From an uncultured Bdellovibrionales bacterium (GTDB lineage Bacteria; Bdellovibrionota; Bdellovibrionia; Bdellovibrionales; UBA1609), in NCBI GenBank assembly GCA_938002015.1, contig CALLAU010000029.1:6169-70168 (forward strand): 64,000 bases of DNA, written 5' to 3'. Of this stretch, positions 47,944 through 56,314 are shown one piece after another (the first letter of the stretch is position 1; each line of letters starts with the position of its first letter). The position numbers and the translations under genes were made by a program. The notes beneath the pieces were generated by a model. That model saw nothing but the letters and a program-made list of their open reading frames with translations. It was not told the origin of the DNA and did not search any database.

Positions 47944-48534
47944 TTATTTCGCTTCCACTAACAGTTTTAAGATTTTATTTCTCCACTCTTCAGCAAATAC
48001 TTTTTGAGGAAGTAGACTCTCGCGCTCTATTGATTCAAAATCACCGCTTGCCTCACTTGGAAAGAAAATAGCAAGATCTGGATAATCAACAACCGGATAG
48101 TATTGCAGTTTATTGTTATCAGGCATCTCAAATTTCAAGCCCCATTTAGATGAATCTTCATCATGTAAAGCTTTATGAAAGAATAAAGAAGGAGGAGGGA
48201 CATCTGAAAAATCATAAACCTTTATAAACTTCAGTAACAAAATTTTCTTCATAAAAAATACTTTTTGAGTCTGATGATCAAATCTGAGTGTTTCCTGTCC
48301 AGAAAAAGCACTATGTAGCCCAGCTAAAGAAATAATAAAAAGTAGAACTGTCACAGCAATACCAAAGGTTAAATTCTCAATGGGTAATGCTATAAAGTCA
48401 GTTCGAGTAACATTATACAAAGCTAAAAGCCCGCCTAAAAACATGGGTACACTCACTATAGTCAAAATTAAGCGAGCCACTAAACTTATTGGATGAACCT
48501 TAATTAGGATGCTTTCACCATCATACTGAATCAA
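47944..48534 (-). CDS. hypothetical membrane protein (2 TM)
   Basis: TTG start 5 nt after AGAGGAGAG. Two hydrophobic helices. No family recognised. Confidence 0.5.
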   Translation of the reverse strand: MIQYDGESILIKVHPISLVARLILTIVSVPMFLGGLLALYNVTRTDFIALPIENLTFGIAVTVLLFIISLAGLHSAFSGQETLRFDHQTQKVFFMKKILLLKFIKVYDFSDVPPPSLFFHKALHDEDSSKWGLKFEMPDNNKLQYYPVVDYPDLAIFFPSEASGDFESIERESLLPQKVFAEEWRNKILKLLVEAK

Positions 48535-48694
48535 GAGCTCTCCTCTCTTTTGTGTTAAACCTTTACCTTGAGGGTTTGGATTAGTTCTTAAAAATCTTAG
48601 ACTATAATTAAAGCATGAGTCGATTTCATGCTCAAACCAAATATTAAAAACGAATGCATTAAGAAGAGAACATTAAAGCCTAAAAGGTACACAT

Positions 48695-48725
48695 AAAAAA
48701 AAGCCCACTTGAATAAAGTAGGCCT
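48695..48725 (-). terminator. rho-independent terminator after ahcY
   Basis: Minus strand: GGCCTACTT-tattc-AAGTGGGCT (two G:U pairs) followed by 8 T (A-run 48695-48702 on the + strand). Confidence 0.75.
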
Positions 48726-48753
48726 TAAATTATTAATTTTTTTAAAAACTAAT

Positions 48754-50115
48754 TTAGTATCTATAATGCTCAGGCTTATAAGGGCCAGCTTCTGCTAAAC
48801 CTAGATACTCAGACTGTTTATTACTTAAAGTTGAAATTTTAGCACCAACTTTTGATAAGTGAAGCATAGCAACTTTTTCATCTAAGTGTTTTGGAAGTCT
48901 GTAAAGACCAACCTCATACTTTCCTGGGTTCATGAAAAACTCCATTTGAGCAATCACTTGATTTGTAAATGAAGCACTCATTACAAATGATGGGTGACCA
49001 GTAGCGCAACCAAGATTTACTAATCTTCCTTTAGCAAGAACAATAATTGTTCTTCCATCTTTCATTGTATGAAGGTCAACTTGTGGTTTAATTTCCATAA
49101 CTTCTGAGTTTGCATTTAACCAAGCCATATCAATCTCAATATCAAAATGCCCAATATTACAAACAATCGCACCTGATTTCATTTTTTTAAAATGCTCTTC
49201 AGTTATGATATCGCAGCAACCTGTCGCTGTAACAAAAATGTCAGCTTTTTCACAAGCTTCTTCCATTGTTACAACTTCATAACCTTCCATTGCAGCTTGT
49301 AGAGCACAAATTGGATCGACTTCTGTTACTAAGATTCTTGCTGCTAAGCCTTTCATAGACTGAACAGAGCCTTTACCAACATCACCATAACCAGCAACAA
49401 CAACAACTTTACCTGCAATCATCACATCAGTTGCACGCTTAACAGCATCAACCAATGATTCTCTACATCCATAAAGGTTATCAAATTTTGATTTTGTTAC
49501 TGAATCATTTACGTTCATTGCAGGAATTTTTAATTTTCCTTCATCAAGCATTTTTTGTAAGTGATGTACACCAGTAGTAGTTTCTTCTGTAACACCCATT
49601 ACTTTATCAAGCATATGAACGTACTCAGGCTCGTGCATCATAGCAGTTAAATCACCACCATCATCTAAGATCATATTATAACCTTCTTCGCCCCATTTAA
49701 CAGTTTGTTCTAAGCACCATCTATACTCTTCTTCTGTCTCACCTTTCCAAGCAAAAACAGGAACTCCAGTAGCAGCAATTGCTACTGCGGCTTGGTCTTG
49801 AGTTGAGTAGATGTTACATGAACTCCATCTCACCTCTGCTCCAAGATGAGTCAAAGTTTCAATAAGAACTGCTGTTTGAATTGTCATATGAATGCAACCT
49901 GTTATTTTAGCACCTTTAAGAGGCTGTTGAGCACCATACTCTTCTCTTAAAGCCATTAAGCCTGGCATTTCAGTTTCTGCAATTTTAATTTCTTCTCTGC
50001 CCCATTTTGCTAAACGATCAAACTCTTCTTTAGAGTTCATTGCTGCTTCACACACTCTGTAATCTGGTGTTCCAGTTGCTGTAGTTGGGTTTGTAGATGT
50101 AGTCATAACTTCCAC
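48754..50115 (-). CDS. ahcY: adenosylhomocysteinase
   Basis: [31 protein letters not shown]-binding GYGDVGKG, C-terminal KPEHYRY. GTG start 6 nt after AAGGAGA. Confidence 0.95.
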   Translation of the reverse strand: MEVMTTSTNPTTATGTPDYRVCEAAMNSKEEFDRLAKWGREEIKIAETEMPGLMALREEYGAQQPLKGAKITGCIHMTIQTAVLIETLTHLGAEVRWSSCNIYSTQDQAAVAIAATGVPVFAWKGETEEEYRWCLEQTVKWGEEGYNMILDDGGDLTAMMHEPEYVHMLDKVMGVTEETTTGVHHLQKMLDEGKLKIPAMNVNDSVTKSKFDNLYGCRESLVDAVKRATDVMIAGKVVVVAGYGDVGKGSVQSMKGLAARILVTEVDPICALQAAMEGYEVVTMEEACEKADIFVTATGCCDIITEEHFKKMKSGAIVCNIGHFDIEIDMAWLNANSEVMEIKPQVDLHTMKDGRTIIVLAKGRLVNLGCATGHPSFVMSASFTNQVIAQMEFFMNPGKYEVGLYRLPKHLDEKVAMLHLSKVGAKISTLSNKQSEYLGLAEAGPYKPEHYRY

Positions 50116-50738
50116 CGTATTCTCCTTAATGTTTTAGAAGAACCTTACAAAAAAGTAAGGCTTCTTTAAATTAGTTTAATTAAATCGATCAGATGCTAAC
50201 ATATAGACTTGAGGTGTCCAATATTTCTTGCTTTTTCTTAACGCCTATCATTTAGGCTGATAATAATTATCTCTTCACTTTCATAAAGAAGCTAAAGGGC
50301 ATAGAGACCTCGATATGGTTTAATTTCGGCTCTATTCTTTAAAGACTAAGTAAGATTTACAGAATCTCTCTACATAAAAACCCAGAGCCGCTTTAATACG
50401 CTTTTCCTTTATCGCTCTACTTCCATTTAAAAAAGCTAGAAAAGCCTACAGTTGAGAATCTAACCTGATAACAAACACTAGTGGGACTCAAAAAGCCAAA
50501 AAACTACCACATAAAAATCTATAGGAACTAAAGCTTTTAATTGATTTAGCATTCTCAAATTCAATACCTTTAGATTAGGACTATTTACTTATAGAAATAT
50601 TATTTTTTTCTTAATATTTTTCTGCATCTCAACCTAAGCTTTTTAAATATTAAAAAAGTATAAACATTCTCAGATCGCCTGTATGCACCTTATGTAATCT
50701 CAAACTAAACCGATTAAGTTTAAAATTAAAAAACATAG

Positions 50739-52166
50739 GTGGTTCTTATCGAAACTCTAATTATAACTACATTTATAATTATATTAATATTTTCTCTACT
50801 TAACTTTATTGTCAGTGCGCTGATTTACTACACTTCAAAAAGAAAACTCTATTTAAGAGCAAGTTTTTTCTGGCTTGCATTGATTGTTAATTTTTTAGTT
50901 CAGTCAGCCGCTCAAAATGGAGAAACCGCAATTATTATGGGGTATGGATTCACGCTTATACCTTTAAACCTTCTATGCTACGCCTCTGTTTTCTTCGTAA
51001 ACACAAAATACCCGTGGAAAAGATTTGCTTCAATAGGAGTTTTAGGGGCTGCTACTTCTTACTTTTTATTACAATATGACTCTGTTTCTTTCTTATATAA
51101 ATCTCTCCCCTTAGCTTTCGCTACTGCTGCCCCGCTACTCTATGTAGCCCATCTCTTTTTGATTAGAAAAAGAGGCGAGGTCACTTCACTTATGAAATGT
51201 CATGCCGTCATTTTATTTGCCATCGTTATTCATTGTTTTAACTTTGCTTTTTTTAGAAATAATCCTGCAGCTCAACTCTGGGGATGGCCCGTTTCATATG
51301 CTGTATACCAGCTTTTAGCAGCCATTATTCCAGCCATGTCACTTGATTTCTATCACAGACAAGAAAAAGAGAGACTAACAGAAATCATTGATGAAAGAAC
51401 AAAAGAGTTAAACGACAGTAACAAGTTCTTAAGAACTGCCGTTAAGGAAAAGGATTTCTTATTTAAAACACTAGTACACGATGTATCAAACCCTCTTTCA
51501 GTAATCCAAGGACGAGTTAAGATCTTTCAAAGAAACAAGAATGTTGAAAAATTCGTAACTGTTGTTGATAGTATGTCGAATAGGATCAGTAGCTTAATTA
51601 GCCAAGTAAGAGCTTTTGAAAAAGCTATGAGTGAAGATGGGAAAATTGAAGTTGAAGAGATCGATCTACACGCTTGCATGACAGACATCATTCAAATGTT
51701 TGAAGATAAGTTAGAGAAGAAAAATGTTACTCTTGACTATAATGCTGATGATTTCAAAGGTATTTCAATATATTCAGAAGAAAAGATTTTCTCAAATTCA
51801 ATTATACCAAATATTATTAATAACGCCATTAAGTTTACTCATGATGGCGGCTGCATCAAAATACGTACTCTTATGGAAAGTAATGAACAATATGTGATTT
51901 CAATTAGTGATGAAGGAATTGGGATACCTCCAGAAACTTTAAAAAAGATTTTTGACTTCGATGCAAAAACATCTCGCCTAGGAACTTCTGGTGAAAAAGG
52001 AACTGGCTTTGGCCTTCCAATAATAAAACAACTCATTGATAAAAGTGGTGGCAGTATATGGATAGAGTCTGTAGAAGAAAATGAAAACTCACCTGGGTCA
52101 ACAACTGTTAACCTCTCCTTTAAGTCTAAACAAAGAGATGCTATTTTAATGCCAATTGCCGCTTGA
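50739..52166 (+). CDS. sensor histidine kinase with ~7-TM membrane-embedded N-terminal module
   Basis: About seven hydrophobic helices with no sizeable periplasmic loop. H-box LVHDVSNPL, N-box NNAIKFT, G1 DEGIGI, G2 GTGFGL. GTG start. Confidence 0.8.
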   Translation: MVLIETLIITTFIIILIFSLLNFIVSALIYYTSKRKLYLRASFFWLALIVNFLVQSAAQNGETAIIMGYGFTLIPLNLLCYASVFFVNTKYPWKRFASIGVLGAATSYFLLQYDSVSFLYKSLPLAFATAAPLLYVAHLFLIRKRGEVTSLMKCHAVILFAIVIHCFNFAFFRNNPAAQLWGWPVSYAVYQLLAAIIPAMSLDFYHRQEKERLTEIIDERTKELNDSNKFLRTAVKEKDFLFKTLVHDVSNPLSVIQGRVKIFQRNKNVEKFVTVVDSMSNRISSLISQVRAFEKAMSEDGKIEVEEIDLHACMTDIIQMFEDKLEKKNVTLDYNADDFKGISIYSEEKIFSNSIIPNIINNAIKFTHDGGCIKIRTLMESNEQYVISISDEGIGIPPETLKKIFDFDAKTSRLGTSGEKGTGFGLPIIKQLIDKSGGSIWIESVEENENSPGSTTVNLSFKSKQRDAILMPIAA

Positions 52167-52213
52167 TGTCTAAAGTAGAGTTTTATTAATAAAATCTTAA
52201 CACATGCTCTCTT

Positions 52214-52237
52214 CCCCTATTTAAAGATAAATAGGGG
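52214..52237 (+). terminator. possible terminator hairpin after the kinase gene (no T tract)
   Basis: Perfect 10-bp stem CCCCTATTTA/TAAATAGGGG with 4-nt loop, 48 nt after the stop codon. The trailing sequence is not T-rich. Confidence 0.35.
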
Positions 52238-52348
52238 CCTAAATTAAGTCACCGTTATTCAAAAATGAGTGAACTTTTATTTTGAAAAAAACTCCACCTT
52301 CGCAAACTAAATAATTTTTATTTGCTATTCAAAGCCTTTTATACTTAT

Positions 52349-52381
52349 CCTCTTTGTAAACAAAAATAATTTACAAAGAGG
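52349..52381 (+). promoter_or_regulatory. SD-sequestering hairpin in the 5' leader of the HDO-like gene
   Basis: Perfect 12-bp stem CCTCTTTGTAAA (52349-52360) / TTTACAAAGAGG (52370-52381), 9-nt loop. The 3' arm contains most of the SD AAGAGGAG (52376-52383). ATG at 52390. Confidence 0.65.
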
Positions 52382-52389
52382 AGACTGAA

Positions 52390-53049
52390 ATGATTACAAA
52401 TAAACTCACACAGCCAATGGCGCTGATGGAAGAAAAACTTAACCATATGAACATTGAAAATCCAGAAGTATACGCTGATTTTCTTGCACAAACATATTAC
52501 TACGTATCGCATTCAACAAGACTTCTTGCTGTTGGAGCTGGCCTTATGAAACAGAGTGAGGGCCAGTACTTTAGACGTTTCATAAAGCACATTACTGAAG
52601 AGTCTAACCATGAGATTCTAGCAAAACATGACCTTGAAGAACTTGGCTACAACCTTGAAGACTTCCCTGAAAGGCCTGAAACAAAAGCTCTATGGGAAGC
52701 TCAGTACTATAAAATAATGCAACAAGATCCAATGTATTTCATGGGCTATATATTAGCACTTGAGCAATTTGCATGCGTTTACTTCCCTGATTTTCTTCAA
52801 AGAATTGAAGCTGCTTATAAAGGAAAGGCTATTAGGTTTGTTAAACTACACGCTGAGGAAGATCCTGATCATGTAGAAAAAGCAATTAAATTTATTGAAT
52901 CACTTTCACAAGAAAGAGTTTTAAAGGTTGCTGAAAACATTGAGCAAACAGCTATGTCATACTCACAAATGTGTGAGGCATGCAGTGCACCTTCAAGTTT
53001 AAATATTGGTGTTGAATTAAAAACTCCTCAACCGACAATGAGCCTGTAA
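52390..53049 (+). CDS. heme-oxygenase-like diiron oxidase/oxygenase (HDO; Haem_oxygenas_2/CADD/UndA-like) family protein
   Basis: All-helical 219 aa. Ligand-like pattern in order: E-x2-H (TEESNHE), E (ALEQF), H-x3-D-x2-H (HAEEDPDH). Confidence 0.6.
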   Translation: MITNKLTQPMALMEEKLNHMNIENPEVYADFLAQTYYYVSHSTRLLAVGAGLMKQSEGQYFRRFIKHITEESNHEILAKHDLEELGYNLEDFPERPETKALWEAQYYKIMQQDPMYFMGYILALEQFACVYFPDFLQRIEAAYKGKAIRFVKLHAEEDPDHVEKAIKFIESLSQERVLKVAENIEQTAMSYSQMCEACSAPSSLNIGVELKTPQPTMSL

Positions 53050-53050
53050 A

Positions 53051-53770
53051 ATGCAAGTAGACTTACAAAGTCACTTATTAAAAAAAAGTACTGTTCTAAA
53101 CAAAAGAACAGTACTTGATTTAAGTTTTTTTGATGTAAACACCTCTATTTCTTTTACAAAGGATGACAGGCAAGAGGCTTTGTATAACTTTTGGAAATCT
53201 GCATGGGAAAAGTCTTTTTCTGATTTAGGCTATAAAGAGAGGCAGCAACTTTTTAGTGATGATTTTTACGCAAAAAGAATTCTAGCTTTTTTTGATAAAG
53301 ACAAGCCTGTAGGCTGCATATTTCTTGAATCTTATGATCTTTCTATTGAGTCACACAGGCACAGTAGATATCTTCAAACATTTCCTAAAGATATGTTTGA
53401 TGTCCTTTTAAGTAAAGGTCTTAGAAAAGCTTATGCACTATCAAATTTAGCAATAGATCCTGAATGGAGAAAGAGCCAAACTGACTTACAACTTTCACAA
53501 CTTTTAACGTCCATCGGTGTATGGAAAGCCTGTCAAGATCTTGGTGATGTTGTATTAGGCTGCACAAGAAATGACAGAAAGGTCAATAATATACTCGAAA
53601 ATCATAACTCAACTAAGTATGCATCAGATGAAAGATATAACTGTAGTGTGGATTTTACATATATAGATTTAAAGCAAGCTAAAGTCTTTCCAGATAAAGA
53701 CTTAATGGATGCCTGCTTATATTTTACAAGTGGTCACTTTTTTAATATTTCAAACAACGCTACGGCTTAA
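53051..53770 (+). CDS. hypothetical protein, possibly a GNAT/LuxI/thermostable-hemolysin-like acyltransferase fold
   Basis: Its start lies 1 nt after the upstream stop (taa a atg). LSNLAIDPEWRK ... LGCTRNDRKVNNILENH loosely resembles acyl-CoA/ACP-dependent N-acyltransferase cores. The family assignment is weak. Confidence 0.45.
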   Translation: MQVDLQSHLLKKSTVLNKRTVLDLSFFDVNTSISFTKDDRQEALYNFWKSAWEKSFSDLGYKERQQLFSDDFYAKRILAFFDKDKPVGCIFLESYDLSIESHRHSRYLQTFPKDMFDVLLSKGLRKAYALSNLAIDPEWRKSQTDLQLSQLLTSIGVWKACQDLGDVVLGCTRNDRKVNNILENHNSTKYASDERYNCSVDFTYIDLKQAKVFPDKDLMDACLYFTSGHFFNISNNATA

Positions 53771-53780
53771 ATTTAAGCCG
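53763..53780. other. perfect 18-bp palindrome containing the stop codons of two convergent genes
   Basis: CGGCTTAAATTTAAGCCG. The + gene ends gct TAA (53768-53770); the - gene ends gct TAA on the other strand (53773-53775). Confidence 0.9.
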
Positions 53781-54138
53781 CATCCGCCAAACTCTCATTG
53801 ATACGGTCAATAAGAGCAAATATATCAACAGGTTTTGTCAGCAGCCCCCCCATTGAATGCGCAAACTCTAAACCTTGCATGTTATTCTCCCCTGTTACTA
53901 GGAAGAAAGGAACTCCAGGAATATTTTGGTTAACGTGCTTAAGTAAATCCTCACCTGACACCTCACCCATATTATGATCACTAATAATAAGATCAAAACT
54001 GTTTTGCTCTAATGCTTCAAACGCTTTCTCTCCAGATTCGCAGGCCTTAACTTCAAAACCCTCTTCTTCAATAAGTTCTTTATACATCTCAAGGAGATCA
54101 GCTTCATCATCAACTATTAATATCTTTTTATCACTCAT
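53773..54138 (-). CDS. single-domain (CheY-like) response regulator
   Basis: ILIVDDEADLLEMY..., phospho-acceptor context LIISDHNM, ...LTKP. 121 aa. Confidence 0.85.
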   Translation of the reverse strand: MSDKKILIVDDEADLLEMYKELIEEEGFEVKACESGEKAFEALEQNSFDLIISDHNMGEVSGEDLLKHVNQNIPGVPFFLVTGENNMQGLEFAHSMGGLLTKPVDIFALIDRINESLADAA

Positions 54139-54196
54139 AAAGTCTAAACGGCATATTTAGAAAAGAGCTTAAGGGTAAATCAAGCCGTGCACCCTA

Positions 54197-54213
54197 TGTT
54201 TAGAAAAGTTTAA
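54197..54213 (+). promoter_or_regulatory. 17-nt box TGTTTAGAAAAGTTTAA (copy A); a related 10-mer TTTAGAAAAG lies at 54156-54165
   Basis: Identical to the reverse complement of 56206-56222. Lies in the divergent promoter region between two response-regulator genes. Confidence 0.6.
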
Positions 54214-54333
54214 TTTTAAGGTTAAACCTTCCTTTACAAAACACAGCATTACCCCCTCTTTTGGCTAAGTTTGATAAGAAACATTTAACTCAATTGCACT
54301 AATAAATATGGCTACAGTACCGATAAAAACTAC

Positions 54334-55020
54334 ATGGAAAAAGAACTTGAAAAGCTAAGAGTATTATTAATTGATGATGAAGAAGAACTTACTGAACAAA
54401 TTTGTGATCATTTAGAGCTAGAGGGTTTTGTAACAAAGGGGTTAAACTCACCAGAAGAAACACTCACTTTCATCGAAGAGTTTCGACCAGATATTGTTGT
54501 ACTTGACCGCCTTATGCCCGTTAAAGATGGTATAGATGTTTTATCTGACATAAGAAAACAAAGCTCTAAACCTAATGTTCCTGTAATCATGTTAACAGCA
54601 TGTACAACAAAATTTGACAAGCTTTGGGCATTTAACTCAGGTGTAGATGATTACCTTTCTAAGCCTTTTGATATTGATGAGCTTGTACTAAGGCTTAAGG
54701 CATTAACAAAAAGGTTTAATATGAACGTTAAGCTTCAAAAGGAAATAATCCAAGACTCTTTTAGTGTTGAAGTCAAAGGACAGTATATTACTCTAGGAGA
54801 TAAAGAAGTTCCCCTTACATCCTTTGAATTTGAATTCCTAAGTAAGCTTATTGAAAAAAAAGGCGGCACACTTTCAAATGAAGACATTCAAATGCAGCTA
54901 ACTAGCAATAACTCAAGCTTAGAAAAAATTCGAATCGACATTACAAACTTAAAAAATAAATTAGACTATGTTGGCAATAAAATAAAAGAAGTTAGAGGGG
55001 TGGGATATCGATTCTCTTAA
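54334..55020 (+). CDS. OmpR/PhoB-family response regulator (REC + winged helix)
   Basis: VLLIDDEEEL, VVLDRLMP, KPFDIDEL. C-terminal ...VRGVGYRFS. Confidence 0.85.
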   Translation: MEKELEKLRVLLIDDEEELTEQICDHLELEGFVTKGLNSPEETLTFIEEFRPDIVVLDRLMPVKDGIDVLSDIRKQSSKPNVPVIMLTACTTKFDKLWAFNSGVDDYLSKPFDIDELVLRLKALTKRFNMNVKLQKEIIQDSFSVEVKGQYITLGDKEVPLTSFEFEFLSKLIEKKGGTLSNEDIQMQLTSNNSSLEKIRIDITNLKNKLDYVGNKIKEVRGVGYRFS

Positions 55021-55075
55021 TAAAAATGATCTATCATTTAAAAAAATAGACGATTTAAATTATTTACTAGACAAT

Positions 55076-56137
55076 GTGACTGATAGTTACTGGGAGTGGA
55101 ACCTGGCAACCAAGCAAAGTTATATGTCCCCTCAATTTTGGAATATGTTTGGTTATAGTCCTGAAAGCATCGACGATGAAATTAAAAAATGGAACGAGAT
55201 GATATTTCCTGAAGACTTGATCACACTTAAACAAAACTTAAAAAAGCATTTTAAAACAAAAGGTCAACATCAGATAAAGCAAGAAATTAGATGTAGACAC
55301 AGAAATGGCTCCATAGTTTGGGTTGTTTGTGTTGGAAAAGTTATTGAATGGTCAGATGAGGGACGCCCCGTTCGAATGATAGGAACACATACTGATGTAA
55401 CTCAAATTAAAAAAATTCAAAAAAACTTAGACAACAACTTAAGACTTGCAGCATTAGGAGAAATGGCTGGAAGCATTTCACATGAAATCAACAACCCTCT
55501 TGCAATTATAAATATCTCGCTAGATTGGTTAAGCAAAGTGGTCTCACAACCCAACTTTGATGTAGAAAAAGTTGTTACAAAAATTCAGACCGCAAAAAAG
55601 AATATCACCAGAGCTTCTTCTATTATTGAAGGGCTAAAGCTGTACACAGGAAACTTACACAATGAGCTTCGAAAAGAACATAAGGCCTCAAGGATAATGG
55701 ACATCACTTTGTCACTACTTGCATCTAGAATAGACAAACACCACATTGAAGTTATCAATCAAGTCGATAGTGACCTTACTCTATATTGCGATGAGTCACA
55801 GATTTCCTATGTCTTTCATAGCCTAATTTCAAACTCCATTGATGCTTTAAATGGCGGCTTTAAGAAACGACTAGAGGTTTCATCTACAGTTATTGATGGC
55901 CAAGCTGTAATACGATTTACAGATACCGGGGGCGGCCCTGGGCTTGCTCAAAGTGCAACATCAAAAGAGCATCCCCTATTAAGTACAACCATCTCAAGCG
56001 GCTCAAGGCTTGGCCTAAGCGTTTCTAAATCTATTCTAGAAAACCACATGGGAAGTTTGGAGTTAGTGAATAATTCAAAGACCACTGTCTTTGAAATAAG
56101 ACTGCCAATGAGTGCAGCTAAAAACTGCGCAGCTTAA
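55076..56137 (+). CDS. cytoplasmic PAS/PAC sensor histidine kinase
   Basis: PAS/PAC (WEWNL...YMSPQFWNMFGY, RHRNGSIVWV), H-box SHEINNPLAI, N-box ISNSIDA, degenerate G boxes. GTG start; the start position is uncertain. Confidence 0.75.
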   Translation: MTDSYWEWNLATKQSYMSPQFWNMFGYSPESIDDEIKKWNEMIFPEDLITLKQNLKKHFKTKGQHQIKQEIRCRHRNGSIVWVVCVGKVIEWSDEGRPVRMIGTHTDVTQIKKIQKNLDNNLRLAALGEMAGSISHEINNPLAIINISLDWLSKVVSQPNFDVEKVVTKIQTAKKNITRASSIIEGLKLYTGNLHNELRKEHKASRIMDITLSLLASRIDKHHIEVINQVDSDLTLYCDESQISYVFHSLISNSIDALNGGFKKRLEVSSTVIDGQAVIRFTDTGGGPGLAQSATSKEHPLLSTTISSGSRLGLSVSKSILENHMGSLELVNNSKTTVFEIRLPMSAAKNCAA

Positions 56138-56168
56138 AATATGAGATAAGTTTTTAAAATAATTTATT

Positions 56169-56195
56169 GAATTGTAAATTATCTTTTTACAATTC
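56169..56195 (+). terminator. hairpin after the PAS kinase gene (possible terminator or protein-binding palindrome)
   Basis: Perfect 10-bp arms GAATTGTAAA / TTTACAATTC, 7-nt loop, 32 nt after the stop. No T tract. Confidence 0.4.
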
Positions 56196-56205
56196 ATTCA
56201 GTTAG

Positions 56206-56222
56206 TTAAACTTTTCTAAACA
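56206..56222 (-). promoter_or_regulatory. 17-nt box TGTTTAGAAAAGTTTAA (copy B, on the minus strand)
   Basis: The + strand reads TTAAACTTTTCTAAACA. It lies 93 bp upstream of the second OmpR-type regulator gene. Confidence 0.6.
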
Positions 56223-56314
56223 AGTCCAGTTTATTTTTTGCAAACCATGATAAATACTATTAGTTTATATATTATGAACATATCGCATTTAAACATATTA
56301 CCAAGGATGGCTTT

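Noticed and set aside
50116-50300. SAH riboswitch upstream of ahcY.
   Set aside because: I looked on the minus strand for the conserved GC-rich pseudoknot core and found only an AT-rich leader with one simple hairpin. I cannot call a riboswitch without a covariance-model search.
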